A stretch of 63,924 bases of DNA, the filler included, from Octopus bimaculoides (taxonomy: Eukaryota): assembly GCF_001194135.2 (NCBI RefSeq). It is 6 parts of 6 records of this genome, joined end to end, with 100 filler letters (N's around TTAATTAATTAA, not from the genome) between each part and the next. Parts side by side here need not be neighbours in the genome. Positions count along the whole stretch, not along the records: positions 1 to 28,291 come from NC_068981.1; 5 more parts are not named here. One strand, 5' to 3'. The notes under the pieces are model-generated. The model saw nothing but the letters and a program-made list of their open reading frames with translations. It did not search any database and was not told where the DNA came from. The translations under genes were made by a program, and so were the position numbers. Positions 11,345-24,448 of the stretch are shown here, piece after piece (position 1 is the first letter of the stretch; the number at the start of each line of letters is the position of its first letter).

Positions 11345-11875
11345 ATATATATATATTTATTCTTTTACTTGTTTCAGTCATTTGATTGCAGCAATACTGG
11401 AGCACCACCTTCAAGGGTTTTAGTCAAGCAAATTGACCCCTGGACTTATTTTTAAAGCCTAGTATTACTTCTATCGGTTTTTTTTGCCGATCTACTAAGT
11501 TACGGGAAAGTAAACGCGCCAGCACCGGTTGTCAAGCGGTGATGGGTTGGAACAAACACAGATACAAGACACACACACACACACACTCATAGATACACAC
11601 ACACACATAAATACACACACACACATAGATACACACACATAGATACACACACACACACATAGATACACATACACATACACACATAGATACACACACACTC
11701 ACACACACACATACATATACGACGGGCTTCTTTCAGTTTCCGCCTACCAAATCCACTCACAAGGCATTGATCGACCCGGTGCTATAGTAGAAGACACTTA
11801 CCCAAGGCATTATGCAGTAGGACTGAATCCTGAAAGCATATGTCTAGGAAGCAAGCTTCTTACCACACAGCCTGC
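11345..11875 (-). mobile_element. SINE family A, full length
   Basis: Reverse complement of the same consensus with an expanded (CA)/(TAGATACA) interior. Confidence 0.88.
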
Positions 11876-12226
11876 TTTCCCCTTGTTAAGCAATTGTACT
11901 TATGCTCGATGACGTCTGTTAAGAATAGGCCTGTTCTTAACAGACGCATTCTGAAAGCGAGAATCAGTGGGTTTTAATTATAGAGAAGTCTTTAAATGGT
12001 AGCTAGGATACGAAAGGAAGACAGTGGAAAACAGCAGCTCATCTTCTGACAATTAGTTGATATGGTGGTAGTCGTTGTACCTCAAGCCAACCTTGATCGT
12101 GTAGCATTATGATAAAAGGCTTCAAGACTAAAACTCCTCTATATATTCAGGATTGTTAAAAAAAATATTGACCCATGTGTCTTTTCAATTTTCATGATGA
12201 ACGAATGTGATTTCAAGGAGATTTCG

Positions 12227-12301
12227 ATGCTAAGTTTTAGCAAGTCTAACGACGGTTGGAAAGTTCTTTGTTGGCTCCTAGTTTGTGGTTGTTGTTTGTT
12301 G
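12227..12301 (+). CDS. Candidate first coding exon encoding a signal-peptide-like segment (unverified)
   Basis: tttcaag|gagatttcgATG...MLSFSKSNDGWKVLCWLLVCGCCLL|gtgagt; strong donor, unique sequence, no homology recognised. Confidence 0.25.
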
Positions 12302-13099
12302 GTGAGTCAAAAATGTGTAACAGGCGGACGGTGTTTGATAGATTCAATTCGAACTACTTATGTGTTTGCACGTGCTATTCTCTCTCATATATATGTATAG
12401 CACTTGACAAGTTGTATTTTTGGCTGTCAGACAATGAATAATAATCTGAGTTTTGAATTTCTAGCTTTGAAGAACTAGTCTTGGCCTTTTTACAGATGTG
12501 TTAACACCATGAAAAGTCATAACCCTTCACTAGGAGATGTTGATGTGGTCAAATGTTCATTGTACTCTTCAACCTTGAACAGAAACACCTAACGTCAACT
12601 GGTCAACAGCAGTGGTCAAATCACTACCCGTATTATGCTAAATTCAGTCTATTTCGTCGCTGTTTCACCATAAACAAGGAGAATCTTTCTCTGATATTTC
12701 CCCTATTCTGTAAACTGATATCTTTCTCTGTTTTTCTGTCATTCCAGTGCCTTTAAACACTTTACTTACAGACTAGGCAGATAATTCTTTAGACCTGATA
12801 ACGACTAGAAAGATTTATGCTGCCATTTTTTCTCCGTGCTATTTTCCTAATGGTTCTAGTATTTGCTGCTTTTTCGTTCAAAGGCTCCATTGCACACATA
12901 TTCATGAGAAAGAAGATGCTAGAGTAGCCCTTGTATGATGTGCATGCCAGAAGTTTTGTGATTTTTTTAAAGGAAAGGCTGTTATAACTGCCTCAGGTTA
13001 TTATAGTTTTAGTATATCATTACTAGACATCTAATAAGGTGACCTGCCAGCTTTTTATTCCAGAGTGAAAGAAACGCCGTGTACCAGCTTTTTCAAACA

Positions 13100-13385
13100 C
13101 TATCCGTCACAGACTACTGAACACTCCTCATCACAGTTCCACCCTGGTAACCAACTGCTTGACAGAGACTGGCATCAAAACTGTTCCTGGCCCACCCTAC
13201 AGTCCAGGCTTTGCTCTCTGAGACTTTTGATTGTTCCCCAAGCTGAAAAAAGAACCTCAAGGGCAATCGTTCTGAATACATTGAGCACCTTCACTTTGGA
13301 GGACTTCCCTGGGGCCTTCACAAAGAGGCTGGAGCACTACAGTAAGTGCACTGAAGTCGGACGATCCTACGTTGAGGGAAGTTAG
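13100..13385 (+). pseudogene. Mariner transposase C-terminal relic
   Basis: TGIKTVPGPPYSPGFAL*DF*LFPKLKKNLKG, and after a frameshift TLEDFPGAFTKRLEHYSKCTEVGRSYVEGS*. Confidence 0.8.
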
Positions 13386-13419
13386 AATTTTTTATTTCTT
13401 TGAAATTCTTTTCTTTTTC

Positions 13420-13596
13420 TTTCATTTTCTTTTTACTTGATTCAGTCATTTGACTGCGGCCATACTGGAGCACCGCTTTTAGTCGAACAAATCAACCCCA
13501 GGACTTATTCTTTGTAAGCCTAGTACTTGTTCTATTGGTCTCTTTTGCCGAACCGCTAAACACACCAGCATCGGTTGTCAAGTGATGTTGGGGGGA

Positions 13597-13634
<38 letters not shown>
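13420..13634 (-). mobile_element. SINE family A 3' half, running into the gap
   Basis: ttcagtcatttgactgcggccatactggagcaccgc...cggttgtcaagtgatgttggggggac(ac)n. Confidence 0.88.
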
Positions 13635-14438
13635 NNNNNNNNNNNNNNNNNNNNNNNNNNNNNNNNNNNNNNNNNNNNNNNNNNNNNNNNNNNNNNNNNN
13701 NNNNNNNNNNNNNNNNNNNNNNNNNNNNNNNNNNNNNNNNNNNNNNNNNNNNNNNNNNNNNNNNNNNNNNNNNNNNNNNNNNNNNNNNNNNNNNNNNNNN
13801 NNNNNNNNNNNNNNNNNNNNNNNNNNNNNNNNNNNNNNNNNNNNNNNNNNNNNNNNNNNNNNNNNNNNNNNNNNNNNNNNNNNNNNNNNNNNNNNNNNNN
13901 NNNNNNNNNNNNNNNNNNNNNNNNNNNNNNNNNNNNNNNNNNNNNNNNNNNNNNNNNNNNNNNNNNNNNNNNNNNNNNNNNNNNNNNNNNNNNNNNNNNN
14001 NNNNNNNNNNNNNNNNNNNNNNNNNNNNNNNNNNNNNNNNNNNNNNNNNNNNNNNNNNNNNNNNNNNNNNNNNNNNNNNNNNNNNNNNNNNNNNNNNNNN
14101 NNNNNNNNNNNNNNNNNNNNNNNNNNNNNNNNNNNNNNNNNNNNNNNNNNNNNNNNNNNNNNNNNNNNNNNNNNNNNNNNNNNNNNNNNNNNNNNNNNNN
14201 NNNNNNNNNNNNNNNNNNNNNNNNNNNNNNNNNNNNNNNNNNNNNNNNNNNNNNNNNNNNNNNNNNNNNNNNNNNNNNNNNNNNNNNNNNNNNNNNNNNN
14301 NNNNNNNNNNNNNNNNNNNNNNNNNNNNNNNNNNNNNNNNNNNNNNNNNNNNNNNNNNNNNNNNNNNNNNNNNNNNNNNNNNNNNNNNNNNNNNNNNNNN
14401 NNNNNNNNNNNNNNNNNNNNNNNNNNNNNNNNNNNNNN

Positions 14439-14850
14439 GAGTGGCTGTGTGGTAAGTAGCTTGCTTACCAACCACATGGTTCCGGGTTCAGTCCCACTGC
14501 GTGGCACCTTGGGCAAGTGTCTTCTACAATAGCCTCGGGCCGACCAAAGCCTTGTGAGTAGATTTGGTAGACGGAAACTGAAAGAAGCCCGTCATATATA
14601 TGTATATATATGTATGTATGTGTATGTTTGTGTGTCTGTGTTTGTCCCCTCAGCATCGCTTGACAACCGATGCTGGTGTGTTTATGTCCCCGTAACTTAG
14701 CGGTTCTGCAAAAGAGACCGATAGAATAAGTACTAGGCTTACAAAGAATAAGTCCTGGGGTCGATTTGCTTGACTAAAAGGTGGTGCTCCAGCATGGACG
14801 CAGTCAAATGACTGAAACAAAAAAAAAAGAGTAAAAGAATAAAAGAGTAT
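14439..14850 (+). mobile_element. SINE family A, near full length and young-looking
   Basis: Near-consensus head through tail, ending in (GTAAAAGA)-like repeats. Confidence 0.93.
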
Positions 14851-14869
14851 TATTATAAGAATTGTATAA

Positions 14870-14983
14870 AAACCATTGTTAAAATATTTTGTGTATTATA
14901 GAACTATAACCAGTTTATTGGAACTACCAACAAATTTTATGTGGACTCCCAAAGGCCATATGGACCCCGGTTGAGAAACACTG
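14870..14983 (-). mobile_element. hAT-type MITE terminal fragment, related to 25311-25637
   Basis: ccatatggaccccggttgagaaacactg is the reverse complement of a CAGTGGTTCTCAACCGGGGTCCATAT-type terminus. Confidence 0.6.
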
Positions 14984-15639
14984 CTTTAACGATTCCTTTG
15001 GCAGGACGTTCACAAATTCTTTCGCCAAATTAATGTATGCCTGCGTGATGAACACATCCCACATAATATATTCCCCCCCCCACACACACACACAGCTCCT
15101 AAATTATAGATAAACCGTCTTATCTCTTAATAACTTTGATGAGTCCTAAGCGTCACTCCTTAACAACATCAATTGACTGAATACTTTTTAAGATCTCTCT
15201 TTATAAAAATTGCGCTTGTCTGACTGGCAGGATATCCGCAAATTCTCTCGTTTAAATAAAAACATACCTTAACCCTCCACACACAGACAAGTATACATGC
15301 ACATTTGTATATGTAAAAAAAACAAAAAAACAAAAAAAACAAAAAAAAACAGACTAAAATGTCTGTCTGCTCCAAATTTGCAGATAGACACTTTTTGTAA
15401 AATTCTCACACTCGGCACTCCTCAAGGAAGACGGACTTCGAGTTTCATTAGAGAGATCTGATTAGTGGAGAGTGAATCACAGAAAATAACACAAATTGAC
15501 AAATATGTTCGTCATCACCAATTTGCGCCATTACGTTTAAAATATTGGCAGCAAGGGTGATGTTATTCTTTGTACTTTTATTGGTTTCTGTTATTGGATT
15601 GCGGCCGTGCTGGAGCATCGAGTATAGTCGATTACGTCG

Positions 15640-16160
15640 ACCCAAGTGTTTATAATGGTTTCAAATTTGACACAAGGCCAGCAATTTCGGAGAAGGGAAT
15701 GAATCGATTACATCGACTCCAGTGGTCAACTGGTACTTATTTCACCAAGACCGAAAGGATGAAAGGTAAAGTCGGCCTCGACGGAATTTGAACTCAGAAC
15801 GTAAAGAAGAATGAAATGCTGCAAAGCATTTGTCCCGGCGTACTTAACGATTCTGCCATCTCGCCGCCTTATTCCAAGTATGTATGATATTGATTTCAAA
15901 ATTTTGGCACAAGGCCAGCAAGTTTTAAGGAGGGGTAAGCCGGTTACATCAGCCTCCGTGTTCAACTGGTACTTATCGACCCCAAAAGCATGAAAAGTAA
16001 AGCCGACTTCGGCGATATTTGAACTCAGGACGTAAGGACGAACGAAATACCGCCGAGCATTTTATCGGTCCCGAAGGGATGAAAGGCAAAGTCGGCCTCG
16101 ACGGAATTTGAACGCATAACGTAATTAAGGACGAAACGCTGCTAAGCATTTTGTCCGTAG
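15640..16160 (-). mobile_element. Head-to-tail cluster of 3-4 partial SINE B copies
   Basis: Repeated ccgaaaggatgaaaggtaaagtcggcctcgacggaatttgaactcag blocks near 15750, 15980 and 16070. Confidence 0.85.
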
Positions 16161-16838
16161 ACCAGGGTACACTTATCCGTAATACCCATTTCTTCCTACC
16201 CAGATTCAAGCCTTTGGAATACCCACCCCCCATACACTGTTCAAGTTATTTCTTGCTGTTGTTGAATTTCAGAAGAAACATCAACTGCATCGATCGCACC
16301 AGACTCGATGGGCCCTGAGAAAGCTATGGGTACAGTTCCCTCCTCTAGACAAAATCTAATAAAAAGATTTTTTTTAAATAAAGGAAAAGAAACGCTTCCC
16401 CAAATGAAAACAATCATTTATGTATTTAAATTTAAATTTCTTGCTTTGAATTGGAAGTTATTGGATTTCCGTCGATTTCGATGATGATTATTTACTCGTT
16501 CGCTCAAGTGAATCACCTATTCTTAAAATTAACATGTAAGGTAGCTGAGCAATTCAGAGGTACGTGTACCCTTAACGTAAGTCTCATATAGAATCAGCAT
16601 GACACAAAGTGCAATGAAGCCGTACTTTTGAATTGCAGATACAACTCATCCGACGGGGTTCACCATAGTTTCGGTCTACCCTCAGTTTCACTCATACGGT
16701 ATGGGTTGACTTAAGATAAAAAGAAAAAAAGAAACATTAACTCAAGATGTCTCGCATTGAGATGGAACCAGAGAGTTCGTGATTGCGAAATGAAGTTCTT
16801 AAACATTCGGCTTGCACCCACCTTTTAAATGACAATAA

Positions 16839-16869
<31 letters not shown>

Positions 16870-19800
16870 AAAGTAATCCGCTAACTCTTTACTAGAATGA
16901 AAGGAAATTGGACGTGATTATGAAAAGCAGTATCGTTGCTGTTACCTGCTTCGTCTTTTGCAAATCGAAATGTAATGGAATAATTGTGATACTAATTTAT
17001 TTATGAACGTCTGTAATGTTCTGTTACTTACTTGCAACTAATCCGATGTCACTAATCCGATATATTTCCCAAACCATCTTTGTTGAGGAGTAACAAGTGG
17101 GAAAATCGTGCAAAATTGTCTGTCTGCAGTTTTGATGGGTTAATGTATATTTTATTTAAACGAGAGAATTTGCAGATATCCGTCTGGCCAGACAAGTACA
17201 CTTTTAATAGAGATCTTGAAGATATTCTTTCATGAATACGTGACAATTTAGTGGCTAGACGTTATTGAGGAGTGGCACTAAGAAAGATTCATCGAAGTTA
17301 TTAGAGTTGAGGAGATTTAAGAGCGAAAGAGAAATGTATAAGATATTGCACAGGACATCAGAGCATCAGATAAAATGCCATATGATATTTTACGTGGTAG
17401 TTAATGTCTCTATGGTGAGAGTGATTATCAATCCCTGTTACTGTTATATGATATCGTTTCCCTCAGTTGCGTGAAAATGACTGCTGTTGCTTTCGTTGCC
17501 TCTCAGTTAACAACCGTTATAGTAGCAACCGCTTATACTTCAGTCTCCGCTGACATCTCGACCGCCTGCCTGACACCCAAATCACCACTGTGGATTCAGC
17601 TGTTGTATAGGTAGATATCCCAGCCGCAGCTAGCACAGATTAGAAACCAACACACGAAGGAGACTCTATACGGCCGCTCGGCTTGTTTGCCAGATTCGCC
17701 AAATACTCATCTTATCAGAGGCAACACATTGGGCTGGGCAGATGGGAGGTTAACACATAAGTGAAGTGAAGAATATTTGATCATAGATTTTCTCAGGGCT
17801 GAGAAAAAAACAGCAGCAACAATATAAAAACAACAACAACAACAACAATACAAAGACAACAACAGTCCCTCTATCTGATCACTCTGTCTGGTAAGAAATA
17901 GCGTTCAATCGAATTGTCTTAAAAGAAAAAAGACACATTGATTAACGTATTTCTAGATAAACTGCCTTAGGATAAGATAAGATGGACACAATTGGAATGC
18001 TTTTCATTATGAGCATGCCCGATGAAGACTGACAGCAGAAACAACACAACGCCAACAAAAGTGATCGGACCAGTTTCAAACTGGAGTCCATTTCTAAAAA
18101 AATGTTTATAACCGATAGCACATTTAAAATTGAATATATATAAGTACTGGAAGAGGTATAGGAGTGAGATTTTAAAAAGTCGCTTCGCTGCTATGTGGTT
18201 CCAGGTTCGATCACGCTGCTGGGCATATTGGGTGTGTATTTTCTACGGACCAATGTACCTTATGAGTGGGTGGACTATTTGAGACGGAAACCATTTACAC
18301 ACACACACATACACGTACTGAATTCGTTTCCACAGCAATTAAACTATGCAGCTTCAGACAGGCATACATTTCCTATAGCCATCTCCATTCTTTTTTTTTC
18401 TCCACTTATCACAATCTCAGTGACTCCAACTAAGCTTTCACGGGCAGCAGGGCAATGCTTTCACTATCATTTTAAGGTATATCCTCTTGTCAAATCTTCC
18501 CTTTCTTAATCTTTTCCTACAGGTCATTCTTTCTCTCTTCCTATTCCCTACCATCTATCTTCGTGTCATCTCTTCTCATGTTCCTCTCCATCTTTCATTC
18601 TCCCCATTCCACACTATCATATGATCCAACTCTCTCTTCTTCCTGCGTATTCCTTTAATCTGATTCTCCTTTATCTCATTCATCCTCTCCTTTGTCCCCA
18701 CTCTCGCATATTCTCATTCTTCTACCTCACTCTCCCTTCCAATTTCTTATTTCTTCATAAGTCCAAATCTGTATTGGATTCTTTTCGTCTTCAACCCCAC
18801 TTCCTCTCATTTCTCTCTCAGATACCACTTACAGTAATTTATAACTCCAACTTCAGTAGTGTAGGCTGGGATTGAAAGCTTATGAGGGGATGACGTGGAC
18901 TCTGGCAGCTGCACTGAAAGTAACCCATCAAAGAAAGCAGTGATTCTGGATAAATTCTAACGCAGTTTGGAGAGGAGATTTTAATCCTGCCTGACATGCT
19001 CTCTGGTAAAAGTGGCGCAATATAAACGTGCACAATTCATGTTGCAAAGTGGTTAGTAACAAGAAAAACATCCACGCTGTAAAACAGTATCAAAATCAGG
19101 AACCAGTCCATTTTAGTATATCGATAAAACTTCACTGAATATTCTTGACTATCTTTTAGTGGGGTGCAGAAGTGGTGCAGATGTGTGCTACAAGCCAAAC
19201 GTGAGACGGAGGCACACCTTAACTAGATTCCTCACCGGTAAACAACACAGGTATAAAATCTTGCTGGTAGATAATAATGCTAATTAAGAGCATAGATGAT
19301 ACAAGCGGCAAAGAAATAGATTGATATTATCCAGAACATGCGGCGGAATGAATAAATTTAGACTAGTGGAAGGTACAGCAATGGCTACTGTTATTTACGC
19401 TTGTGCACCTCCATTGGGATTACATATTGAACAAAAGAACTATTTTTCATGAAACCATATTGAAATCAAGTGACAACGGCTTCATTATCTTGGCGAATGA
19501 CTTCAGTGGACATGTTGGACAGCACTAGGTGGTTACTCCTGAATACATGATGGTTATTGATATAGTTTTAGCAATGCGAGAAGGTCAAGATTTCTGGAGT
19601 TCTGAAATGAAAATGAGACACACAAAATCACAAAATTTAGGAAACTAACGAGGCACTTCACTATCATAATGAATTTTATTATAAGACTCTATTGTCACCA
19701 CAAAACGAAACAAACAAACGAACGTCTTTTCTCGTTGAACACTATAACCCATAATATAAGCTTCTGATCAGTAACTTCAGAATTAAACGAACAGAGAGAA

Positions 19801-20029
19801 AAAAGAGATTCCAGAGAAGGAAGATGTCGAAGCAGAAACGTCCCTCTATTAAATGCTAGTTTAGAGCGATTCTAGATTACTCATAATGTGGAAAGGGAGA
19901 TAGAATATAACTTAAAGGACAGCTAGGAGTTTTTACGACGCAACATACAAAAAGCTATAGACCAGATCTGTAGCTGGGATAAGGTTCCAGCCAGATGTAA
20001 GGTAACATGGTGGTTGGGTAGTACTCCCT

Positions 20030-20435
20030 TTTACTCTTTTACTTGTTTCAGTCATTTGACTGCGGCCATGCTGCAGCACCGCCTTTAGTCGAGCAAATCG
20101 CTCCCAGGACTTATTCTTTTGTAAGCCTAGTACTTATTCTATTGGTCTCTTTTGCCGAACCGCTAAGTTACGAGGACGTAAACACACCAGCATCGGTTGT
20201 CAAGTGATGTTGGGGGGACAAACACAGATACAGAGACATATATACACACATACATATATATATATATATACATATATACGACAGGCTTCTTTCACTTTCC
20301 GTCTACCAAATCCACTCACAAGGCTTTGGTCGGCCCGAGGCTATAGTAGAAGACACTTGCCCAAGGAGCCACGCAGTGGGAATGAACCCGGAACCATGTC
20401 GTTGGTAAGCAAGCTACTTACCACACAGCCACTCC
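20030..20435 (-). mobile_element. SINE family A, full length
   Basis: Near-consensus reverse complement with (TTACTCTT) tail. Confidence 0.92.
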
Positions 20436-21318
20436 TAGTCATAAAAGTTATGGGATAAGGTCGGAAAGACTGGAAGAAATGGGACAGCAAAGAACAATAT
20501 CATGGAACTAAGAGAGAAGAACTAGAAAATAGACAGTTTGCCACTGTTTTGAGACGAGAGGATCGGAGGTCTGAATTGTTCCTGATTTTGAAATGGTGTG
20601 TCAGGGTAAATCAAAAGGTTTTAGCGGAAAACACAAACGCACACTTACCTTCATGAACGATGAGAAGAAAGAGACTTAGAAATAGAACCACAAGAGGTTG
20701 ATGGATGTGGAAAATGCGTGGGAGAACGAACGTCCTAAAGCACACAACAAAACTACGAGCTGGTGAAGTGGATAGTTATGTGGATGGAATGGTCAGTAAC
20801 GGCATGATGATGGAGAATGAAGGAAATTCCTTCAGGTATAATAGCCGAGATGCTGAAATTATTTTACGGAAAAGGGTTGAAGTTAGACACTTTTAATAGA
20901 TAACAAGATAATGCAAGAAGGTGTCATATCTAGTGATTGGCTAGACAGTAAAATTGCCAACTGCTTTCTTGGTCAAAGAAGAGGGTTTAGAAAGGGGCAA
21001 CCACAAAGACATCAGACATCAGACATCACAGTATGAAACGAAACAAACGGGTTGAGTACTAGCACACTCGATTAAGCATAGAAATAAGCTTAGATGAGAT
21101 GCTGTCTGGATTTGAACGTGGTTCATGTAACACCGATGCTCTAATTATATAAAACTTTTTCTTTTATAAGAGATATCAAGAAGATATTTACATATGATGT
21201 GCATCTTGCTTCAATTAAATGGTGTTAAGTAATTTTAGAAGTTATATGCTCTTGCTTAAGCACAAGAAGCTGCCTAACATCTTACACGCGCGCGCGTGTA
21301 CACACATACATACGTACG

Positions 21319-21354
<36 letters not shown>

Positions 21355-21481
21355 CATACATACTTACATATATAGATATCATTCAAATTTACAAAAGACA
21401 AAAGACAAAAGACAAAAGACAAAGACAAGTGAGGGAACTACAAGCAGTTGTATTAGTTTGACGTTCGGGAAGAATGGAAAA

Positions 21482-21522
21482 CTCTTTGACGTTTCTAGCC
21501 TACGCTCTTCGGCAGAAAGTGA
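21482..21522 (-). ncRNA. Degenerate minimal type-I hammerhead ribozyme (Penelope-type terminus)
   Basis: Minus strand TCACTTT-CTGCCGA-AGAGC gtag GCTA-GAAA-CG-TC-AAAGAG: core boxes one substitution from CUGANGA, GUC cleavage triplet, stems I and II partly intact. Confidence 0.5.
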
Positions 21523-21636
21523 TGAGAAGGGAAAAAAGAAGAGAGAGCGTAAAAAACAGAGAGAGAAAAATGTGTCGCAGTTAACGGTTTACCATGTTGA
21601 AATACATACACACACATACATACATACATACATACA

Positions 21637-21672
<36 letters not shown>

Positions 21673-21729
21673 TATATTTATATACATACATATACATATA
21701 CGTACACATATATACGTTTATACACATAA

Positions 21730-22110
21730 ATGGCGTGGTTGTGTGGTAAGAAGCTTGCTTCCCAACCACATGGTCCCGAGTTCAGTCCCGCTTTGTGGCA
21801 ACTTGGGCAAGTATCTTCTACTATAGCCTCGGGCCAACCAAGGCCTTGTGAATGCATTTGATAAACGGAAATTGAAAGAAGCCACTCGTGTATGTGTGTG
21901 TGTGTCTGTGTGTGTGCTGGTTTGTCCACCCATCGCAGCTTGACAACTGGTGTTGGTGTGTTTACGTTCCTGTAAAAGAAACTGATAGAATAAGTACTAA
22001 GTTAGAAAAAATACGTCATGGGGTCGATTTGTTCAGGTAAAACCCCTTGAAGGCGGTACTCCAGCATGGCCGCAATCAAATGACTGAAACAGGTAAAAGA
22101 ATAAAAGAAT
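21730..22110 (+). mobile_element. SINE family A, full length
   Basis: Consensus head, CORE-like block and tail. Confidence 0.9.
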
Positions 22111-22134
22111 ATATTTACATGCATATATCTTTTA

Positions 22135-22470
22135 TGTTTTATTTGTTTCAGTCATCAGACTGCGGCCATGCTGGGGCGTCACCTTGAATTGTTAGTCGAA
22201 TGAATCGACCCCAGTACTTATATTGTGAAAGCCTGGTACTTATTCAATCGTTCTCTTTTGCCGAACCGCTAAGTTGCGGGCACGTAAGGACGTCAGCACA
22301 CACACACACACACACACACACGACAGGCTTCTTTCAGTTTTCCGTTTACCAAAACCACGCACAACGCTTTGAATATAGTAGAAGACACTTGCTCAAGGTT
22401 CCACGTAGTGGGACTGAAACCAGAACCATGTGATTGGGAAGCAAACTTCTTACCGCTTAGCCACGCATGC
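22135..22470 (-). mobile_element. SINE family A, tail-to-tail with the previous copy
   Basis: Reverse-complement consensus starting about 25 bp after the previous tail. Confidence 0.88.
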
Positions 22471-22805
22471 ATCCATATATGTACATAAATACTTATATAT
22501 GGTAGTGTAATACTATGTGTTTCTTGGTTGCACATATAGTTTATATCACTTTATGCAAGAAGGGGATAAACTAGTAATTTAGGCTGCAATCAATATTGTA
22601 ATTAAAATCTCGAAGGAGGCGCCCTAGTATAGATACAGTCGAATGATTAAAAACAGTAAGATTAAAGCCATCGACGGATCTTACAGAAGGAGCCACTTCC
22701 AGTCATTCACAGGACTAACAGTACGAAAACCCAGGCACCTTCCCTCCAAAATGTATGGTTAAGCAACTCGAAAGCAAAAGTCTCCCTCAAATCATCACGA
22801 ACGGG

Positions 22806-22806
<1 letters not shown>

Positions 22807-22867
<61 letters not shown>

Positions 22868-23643
22868 NNNNNNNNNNNNNNNNNNNNNNNNNNNNNNNNN
22901 NNNNNNNNNNNNNNNNNNNNNNNNNNNNNNNNNNNNNNNNNNNNNNNNNNNNNNNNNNNNNNNNNNNNNNNNNNNNNNNNNNNNNNNNNNNNNNNNNNNN
23001 NNNNNNNNNNNNNNNNNNNNNNNNNNNNNNNNNNNNNNNNNNNNNNNNNNNNNNNNNNNNNNNNNNNNNNNNNNNNNNNNNNNNNNNNNNNNNNNNNNNN
23101 NNNNNNNNNNNNNNNNNNNNNNNNNNNNNNNNNNNNNNNNNNNNNNNNNNNNNNNNNNNNNNNNNNNNNNNNNNNNNNNNNNNNNNNNNNNNNNNNNNNN
23201 NNNNNNNNNNNNNNNNNNNNNNNNNNNNNNNNNNNNNNNNNNNNNNNNNNNNNNNNNNNNNNNNNNNNNNNNNNNNNNNNNNNNNNNNNNNNNNNNNNNN
23301 NNNNNNNNNNNNNNNNNNNNNNNNNNNNNNNNNNNNNNNNNNNNNNNNNNNNNNNNNNNNNNNNNNNNNNNNNNNNNNNNNNNNNNNNNNNNNNNNNNNN
23401 NNNNNNNNNNNNNNNNNNNNNNNNNNNNNNNNNNNNNNNNNNNNNNNNNNNNNNNNNNNNNNNNNNNNNNNNNNNNNNNNNNNNNNNNNNNNNNNNNNNN
23501 NNNNNNNNNNNNNNNNNNNNNNNNNNNNNNNNNNNNNNNNNNNNNNNNNNNNNNNNNNNNNNNNNNNNNNNNNNNNNNNNNNNNNNNNNNNNNNNNNNNN
23601 NNNNNNNNNNNNNNNNNNNNNNNNNNNNNNNNNNNNNNNNNNN

Positions 23644-23700
<57 letters not shown>
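22807..23700. repeat. (GA)n and (CT)n tracts flanking an N gap
   Basis: Directly visible. Confidence 0.9.
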
Positions 23701-24448
23701 TATTTTAAGAGATAGATCTAAAACGTTAATTCCCTTTTTCTCTTTGTAGCATATGAAGTCATTCAGACTCACAAATCTTTACTAAATAATAAATTTAACT
23801 CTTTTAGTTGCTGCTTTGTCCTCGGTCAGCTCCGACTCAGTCGACCTCTAATAAAAGCCTTTTATCCGTATCCATTCCATCTTTTTATAAGTCATAGTGT
23901 ATCTCAGGACACACAATATCCATTATGCGGCTCCCCTTAAAAGTAAATAAACAAACGACATCGAATTGCGATCTGAGGGATATTTAGCTATTATATCTAG
24001 CATATCGAGCAGCCACGTAGTAGGCTTGCCTTATTGGCTCGTGACTTATTTTGTTTTACTATGCAGGTGTGCAGGAAGAAGGGGATCAATGACGTAAAGC
24101 AAAATGAGAGATAGAGAAAGAAATAGGTAAACTGATAAATAGAGGGGTAGAGCGAATGAGGAAGAAGCAGTAATCGAATAGATTTAATTGAAGATAATTT
24201 TTTTGTTCGTTTCATGTTGATTAGTAGGTATATTTTTCTATTTTGTTCATTCGATCTTACAGTAAATTAGACACTAGTTCGTATGAGGAATTAACCTGCT
24301 ATGGATACGTGTTCATCGCAGAGAAAATAAAAGTACACCAATTATAATTAGTTTCATTAATTATCAACTTTATCGAGTCGATTTACGCAGGTTTGGCCTA
24401 GTGAGGTGAGGAATAAACGCTAAATGCTAAATGCTATATTTACTATGT

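Noticed and set aside
13492-14532. Long ORFs of 200-330 aa (also 22755-23772, 45872-46681, 61699-62377)
   Set aside because: Composed almost entirely of X from N gaps.
19800-19840. Third possible hammerhead (…gaagcagaaacgtcc)
   Set aside because: The CUGANGA box and stem II are not recoverable.
18350-21060. Purine/pyrimidine-skewed stretches that may be old LINE bodies (also 48200-49420, 54400-54730)
   Set aside because: No RT or endonuclease motif could be read by eye in any frame; left unassigned pending a translated repeat search.
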